Shown here piece after piece: positions 59,579 to 64,000 of a stretch of DNA of 64,000 nucleotides. Under the pieces are notes generated by a model. That model had not been told where the DNA came from, searched no databases, and saw only the letters and a list, made by a program, of their open reading frames with translations. Origin of the DNA: Parcubacteria group bacterium. Its GTDB lineage: Bacteria > Patescibacteriota > Minisyncoccia > Moranbacterales > UBA9337. Where the stretch lies: NCBI GenBank assembly GCA_041662245.1, contig JBAZSW010000005.1, positions 57,837 through 121,836 on the forward strand, given 5' to 3'. Position 1 is the first letter of the stretch. The number at the start of each line of letters is the position of its first letter. A program made the translations under genes and the position numbers.

Positions 59579-59668
59579 AGATGATGCAAATGTGCAAATG
59601 AATGCAAATACTGCGAATAGAGGTTAATTCCTAAATTCTTATATTCCTAAATTCTTAAAAACAAATAC

Positions 59669-59989
59669 ATGAAAAAATACTACGAAGCTATCCAAAAGTT
59701 CCACGCGAAACATAAAATGAAAGGGACCAATAATGAAGAGATGACTTTTCGTTTGAATTTAATGACGGAAGAATTGGGAGAATTGGCGCAAGCCGTGACG
59801 AAAGGAAAACCTAAAAAAGAATTTATTGAAGAAAATGTAGATTTATTTAATTTAATAATTGGAAATTTAATCAGTACGGACGTAACGCTGGAAGAATTTG
59901 ATAAGGCTTTTTGGGAAAAGAATAAAAAAATAATGGAACGAAAGAAAAGAAAAGTGAATGGGAAGTTTAGAGTTTCAGAATTTAAATAA
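59669..59989 (+). CDS. MazG-like nucleotide pyrophosphohydrolase
   Basis: EELGELAQAV...EENVD. Confidence 0.8.
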   Translation: MKKYYEAIQKFHAKHKMKGTNNEEMTFRLNLMTEELGELAQAVTKGKPKKEFIEENVDLFNLIIGNLISTDVTLEEFDKAFWEKNKKIMERKKRKVNGKFRVSEFK

Positions 59990-59994
59990 AAATT

Positions 59995-60048
59995 CAAGTC
60001 TAGTCATCGCATTAGCTAAAACCGAGCTCGCGAGGTTTTAGATGACGT
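59995..60048. repeat. 54-bp palindromic repeat (52/54 identical to 63120-63173)
   Basis: CAAGTCTAGTCATCGCATTA.CTAAAACCGAGCTCGCGAGGTTTTAGAT.ACGT. Confidence 0.9.
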
Positions 60049-60195
60049 ATCCTCGATGTTTGAAGTCCTGTCGCTCGAGAGCGACGGGATTTGGGTGGGG
60101 CGAAAATATATTTTTTTTGTTTCTTTATTCTTGACTTTTTAAAGCGTTGTGATAATGTTGTGAAAAATGTAAAATTACTAAAAAGGAGGATAATA

Positions 60196-60402
60196 ATGTA
60201 CAAACGGGTACTGCTTTGGCACATATACGGTAACAAAGGCTCTTTCAAAAATGTTGTTACTTACTTTGAAGGAGGAATCAACGAACTGCAATATTACATT
60301 GAAAGAAATGAAACGTTATTATTTGAACAAGTTGAATTAGCACTAAAAGATGGGGAAAAAGTAGATAGGGCAGTGCTTCATCAAATAGAAAACCCAGAAT
60401 GA
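60196..60402 (+). CDS. Small hypothetical protein
   Basis: SD AGGAGG, TTGACT promoter. Confidence 0.6.
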   Translation: MYKRVLLWHIYGNKGSFKNVVTYFEGGINELQYYIERNETLLFEQVELALKDGEKVDRAVLHQIENPE

Positions 60403-60554
60403 AGAAATAAAATTTTTATTTTCACGTACCAGATATTGAGTGTTACGTGTAATATCCCTTGCTATAATCTTCGGATTAAGCAAGGGCTTTTTTATTTGGA
60501 TTAAGCATTGCATTTGTGGGAAAATTTTGGGCGGGTTAATTCTTCAGACTGCCG

Positions 60555-61190
60555 TTAATCTAAAGAATTATATTCTTCCTTCCATTCAATGTTGCCTTTA
60601 TCAAATTCAGCTTTTAATTTTCTTTTTACGATTTTCAACATTTCTGACAATTCTGGAAACAATTTTACAGATTTATTTGCATAATTAGCAATAAATTCTG
60701 GTTTATCATATATCTTGTATCCACTTTCTGCTAATTGAGTTAGTGTCTCAATTTTGTCTAATGCTTTTACGAATTTTGCTTCACTGGTTTTGCAATTATT
60801 ATATTCATGCCACAAATCTGAAATCTCTTTCCCAATAACTTCCGGAAGAGTCTCTTGCAATTTAATAATCGCTCCAATTTCTTGCTTTTCTTTTTCGTCT
60901 TTAGAAAATTTACCTTCTGCAATTAAAATGGCATCGATATCCCCAGTCAGAGCTTCAGCGAGATCATGCACTAAAGCAATTTTTATTGCTTTATTTACAT
61001 CAATATCTAATTTTAATTCATCTGCGATTATGAAAGTAATTAATGCCAATCTCCAAGAGTGCTCAGCAGTTGATTCTTTTCTTCCAGAAGTTGTTTTATT
61101 ATACCTTAAAGTAGATTTCAGATTTTCAATTTTATGCAGAAAGTTAAATATTTTTTCTAAGTTTCCAGAATTGTTTGTTGTCATATTCAT
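60555..61190 (-). CDS. HD-domain hydrolase (YfbR/HDDC2-like)
   Basis: ESTAEHSW, LVHDLAE, ALDKIE. Confidence 0.9.
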   Translation of the reverse strand: MNMTTNNSGNLEKIFNFLHKIENLKSTLRYNKTTSGRKESTAEHSWRLALITFIIADELKLDIDVNKAIKIALVHDLAEALTGDIDAILIAEGKFSKDEKEKQEIGAIIKLQETLPEVIGKEISDLWHEYNNCKTSEAKFVKALDKIETLTQLAESGYKIYDKPEFIANYANKSVKLFPELSEMLKIVKRKLKAEFDKGNIEWKEEYNSLD

Positions 61191-61548
61191 TTGATAAAGG
61201 CTGAATTATATAAATTTTTATTGTGCAGGTGGTCGTAGGGTAATTTCATTTAACGTTTAGAAATATTTGAAGTTGTGTCCGTGTTTATTGGCAAAAACTT
61301 CAAATTCTTGCCTATCTGCTTTGATTGTATCACTAAACCTTGTCTTATCATAGCGCAATTTGGGTGTAGTGAAGGGAAATTTAATAAATAATTTTCCTTG
61401 TTGTTTTAGCTCTTTTGAAATTTTTGAAAAGTTACCTAGACAAATGATCAATATTATGCTTTACTTAATCAATACCGTAAGTTCTTTTTTGGAGCATGGG
61501 TAGGTCTAAATCATAAAACCTCAAACAATCAGAAGGGGGGATACTCTA

Positions 61549-61722
61549 ATGTGTGATGTCAAAATAACGATCACTATTAAAGACGCCGACAAAGAAGGAT
61601 GGAAATGTGATGGGTGCGGTAAAATTACCACCAATGAACCCGTAGATGACGAAGGAGGACAATACTGTTTTTGTACTTGGCAATGTGCATTGAGATGGGA
61701 GAATAAACGAGACCGAGATTAA
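61549..61722 (+). CDS. Small Cys-rich (TRASH-like) protein, 57 aa
   Basis: CDGC...YCFCTWQC; G-rich RBS; hairpin downstream. Confidence 0.55.
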   Translation: MCDVKITITIKDADKEGWKCDGCGKITTNEPVDDEGGQYCFCTWQCALRWENKRDRD

Positions 61723-61829
61723 GGCAGGGATTAATAATTTCCCCAGCAAGCCTGTTTAGAAATAAAAATTCTGCAGGCTTTTTTCTTTTTAAAAAGATTG
61801 AAAAAGGGGCTGTCAAAAAATAAAATTTC

Positions 61830-61927
61830 AGCTAACGTTTTCGAGTATGCGAAGTTCACTTTTCGGATTTATTGATTATTACTTGAATTATCTGATTACT
61901 ATTTTAGCTGAATACTTGGTGTTAGGC
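61830..61927 (-). repeat. attC-like recombination site
   Basis: Minus strand GCCTAAC...ACTTCGCATACTCGAAAACGTTAGCT, imperfect palindrome. Confidence 0.65.
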
Positions 61928-62125
61928 GAGGGTGAGTGGAATGGAGTAGAGCGAAAGCGTAGCATCCCCGTAGCGTTTTTTCAAATTATTTTTTGTGGGC
62001 TTGACAGATAAACCTTTACCTGTTATACTAAGATGTCAATAGTTGTGAAATCGTTATTAACCCAAAGGGGTGGTTCTCGCTATTGCGAGGATCTGCTCTT
62101 TTACAAAATCTTGAAGGAGGACAAA

Positions 62126-62344
62126 ATGTCCAAAAAATGGAAATTGAATATCGGATGTCATTGCAAAACACTAATGAGCCGTGATTTAGATGTCCGGGAG
62201 CACGACTCCCTTGAAGATTGCAAGCGCGACGTCAAGGAATCAGAGGAGTTTTGGGCAAGAATGGGATATTGTGTGTGGTTTGCTAAAGCTATTGGACCTG
62301 ACGGCGAGAAAGTGGAGCTACACAAAGACACCCCGTTCTATTAA
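62126..62344 (+). CDS. Small hypothetical protein
   Basis: TTGACA/TATACT promoter, SD AAGGAGG. Confidence 0.6.
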   Translation: MSKKWKLNIGCHCKTLMSRDLDVREHDSLEDCKRDVKESEEFWARMGYCVWFAKAIGPDGEKVELHKDTPFY

Positions 62345-62480
62345 AAAGAGCAGATCCGGTTCACTCGTAAGGCGTTGACTACAAAGTTGACGCCTTTTTC
62401 CTTAATGTAAAAATATAATTGTAGGAAATTTTTGAACCAGATATTCTTTGTTATCGGATGTAATTTTAAAATCTCGTGTT

Positions 62481-62882
62481 TCATAGCAAGGTGAAAAGTT
62501 GTTTCACACTTTCATGCCCGACCGTGTATTCAGCACCAAGAAATTCATTTTTTGTTACCCACTTAAACTCAGTAATATTCTCATCGGCAGGATTTTTCGT
62601 TATATCAATTTCACCGTCGGCGGTACATAAAAATGTTGTGCAAACCACCTGATCGCCGTCGTTTCTAAAAAACCAGAAAAATCCGAGGGGTTTAACAATA
62701 TTGATAGAAAGATGAATTTCTTCGTTGACTTCACGCACCAACGTGTCATACGGAGACTCTCCAAAATCAACTTTGCCACCTGGTAAATCCCAAACTATTT
62801 TGTCGGCAAACTCTTGTTTAATCACAAGAAACTTTTCGCCTCTTTGTATTATAGCTTTAACTGCAGGATACACACGATTCAT
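62481..62882 (-). CDS. NUDIX hydrolase
   Basis: WDLPGGKVDFGESPYDTLVREVNEE. Confidence 0.9.
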   Translation of the reverse strand: MNRVYPAVKAIIQRGEKFLVIKQEFADKIVWDLPGGKVDFGESPYDTLVREVNEEIHLSINIVKPLGFFWFFRNDGDQVVCTTFLCTADGEIDITKNPADENITEFKWVTKNEFLGAEYTVGHESVKQLFTLL

Positions 62883-62912
62883 ATTTTTTGTACTAGATTT
62901 TAAAATTATTTC

Positions 62913-63074
62913 CGACAATGCGATGAATAGACGAAGTCTTACGAAAGGTGAGGGGAAAAATAAAAAAAACAAAGTTTTTTTATATTTTTTTGTGAACCTT
63001 GAGTGAGATTTGGGCGGGTATTTCTTCTTATAGTATAACACTGTAAATTTTAGCCGTCTATTCGGGAGTTAGGT
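62913..63074 (-). repeat. attC-like recombination site
   Basis: Minus strand ACCTAAC-TCCCGAATAGACG ... ACTTCGTCTATTCATCGCATTGTCG with complementary arms. Confidence 0.6.
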
Positions 63075-63164
63075 GCCTGTCCGCCATCTTTTTGGGCGGA
63101 AAGCCACCGCACGCGAGCCCAAGTCTAGTCATCGCATTATCTAAAACCGAGCTCGCGAGGTTTT

Positions 63165-63316
63165 AGATAACGTTACTTATATCTGAAGTTTTTGTCTTCC
63201 TTCCTTATTGTAATATATAAAGAAAAGGAAGACAAAATTTTTTGGTGGAAGAAACTTACACTCCTTATTATTAGTTATTGATGCAAATTTCTGAAACCAG
63301 ACATGAGTTGTTGTGC
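63165..63316 (-). repeat. attC-like recombination site
   Basis: Minus strand GCACAAC-AACTCATGTCTG ... ACTTCAGATATAAGTAACGTTATCT. Confidence 0.6.
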
Positions 63317-63340
63317 GATGTCGGGCAAAGGTGGGCGAAT

Positions 63341-63733
63341 TTATCTCTCCCATTCTTTAATATGCGGTGAAAAATCAAGCTGATAATCCGGAATGCCTAA
63401 TGACACGCCGTATTTTGTTACATCATCATATTGCTCTGATTTGGAGCGATCAACTTTGAATACTTTATTGCGGAAGATAATGTAATGAAAATCATCATTT
63501 TTAAAATCAGCATACCAATTCTGTTTAGAATCTAATGCCTTGCTAATTCCTTCTGCAATATTGTCAGCTTGATTTTGAAAAATTTCAACGGTGTGCAATG
63601 TCCATTGTTTTATCCAAGGTGTTTGATGTTTTTCGGTTACTTGCTCAACATCCGTCTTGAGAATATTTACTTTTCCCAAAACATCTCTATTCTCAAGACT
63701 TTCCTCAATAATTACACCGTTGAAATTTTTCAT
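63341..63733 (-). CDS. Conserved hypothetical protein (cassette-like)
   Basis: GVIIEESL, WYADF, YG.SLGIP.YQLDF; flanked by 16-bp inverted repeats at 63321-63336 and 63774-63789. Confidence 0.8.
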   Translation of the reverse strand: MKNFNGVIIEESLENRDVLGKVNILKTDVEQVTEKHQTPWIKQWTLHTVEIFQNQADNIAEGISKALDSKQNWYADFKNDDFHYIIFRNKVFKVDRSKSEQYDDVTKYGVSLGIPDYQLDFSPHIKEWER

Positions 63734-64000
63734 ATGTTTGATTTAATTAAACTTTGTAAAATTCACGAACTGAGCCCGCCTTTGCCCGATTTCGTACGTA
63801 TCGGAATATCAGAAGTTTCATTTATTCTATCTTATTAAAATTATATAAGAAAAGAATAAATAAAATTTTGGTGTAGTGAAAAGAAATTTAATAAATAATT
63901 TTTCTTGTTATTTTAGCTCTTTTGAAATTTTGCTCACTATTGACAGAATGGTCGTTCTTTGCTACTTTTCAGTGAACTACTAACCTATAATAATCATGCG

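Noticed and set aside
61257-61451. 64-aa minus-strand ORF
   Set aside because: Overlaps an attC-like arm and the 62-bp repeat; no RBS or recognisable motif
664-63838. Many short antisense ORFs in the supplied track
   Set aside because: They overlap well-supported genes on the opposite strand and lack motifs or start signals

Overview
AT-rich bacterial chromosome segment using the standard code (TGA and TAG both act as stops). The gene content suggests a Patescibacteria/CPR (Parcubacteria-like) genome; this is an inference from the tandem TrbC/VirB2-type pilins, short IF2 and HrcA, PaaX/Cas2-like regulator and core genes without Shine-Dalgarno (SD) motifs. Core blocks are infB-rbfA-nrnA, nfo, udg, secE-nusG-rplK-rplA, rnhA, a MacAB-type ABC exporter, argS, CIRCE-hrcA-grpE-dnaK, mreBCD-mrdA, ispG, rpmB, nrdR-nrdD(split)-nrdG and murA. 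Features most worth follow-up: (1) a ~150-nt promoter- and terminator-bounded structured RNA antisense between grpE and dnaK that displays the 16S anti-SD sequence, in a window where most orphan genes have strong SD (and some boxA-like) leaders and most core genes do not; (2) three four-helix-bundle genes inside the ABC operon, each flanked by its own inverted 7-8-nt repeat arrays, with solo arms across the window and inside CDSs; (3) a 9-gene pilin array in which two genes share an identical N-terminus but carry different putative peptidoglycan hydrolases; (4) an integrase-less attC-like cassette array at 60-64 kb; (5) a PaaX/Cas2-like gene between two identical 36-bp hairpin repeats; (6) diderm-type sorting signals (PEP-CTERM, beta-barrel C-terminus), a NUDIX-GrpE fusion and a 51-aa histone-H1-like protein. 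All calls come from reading the sequence; no database search was run.
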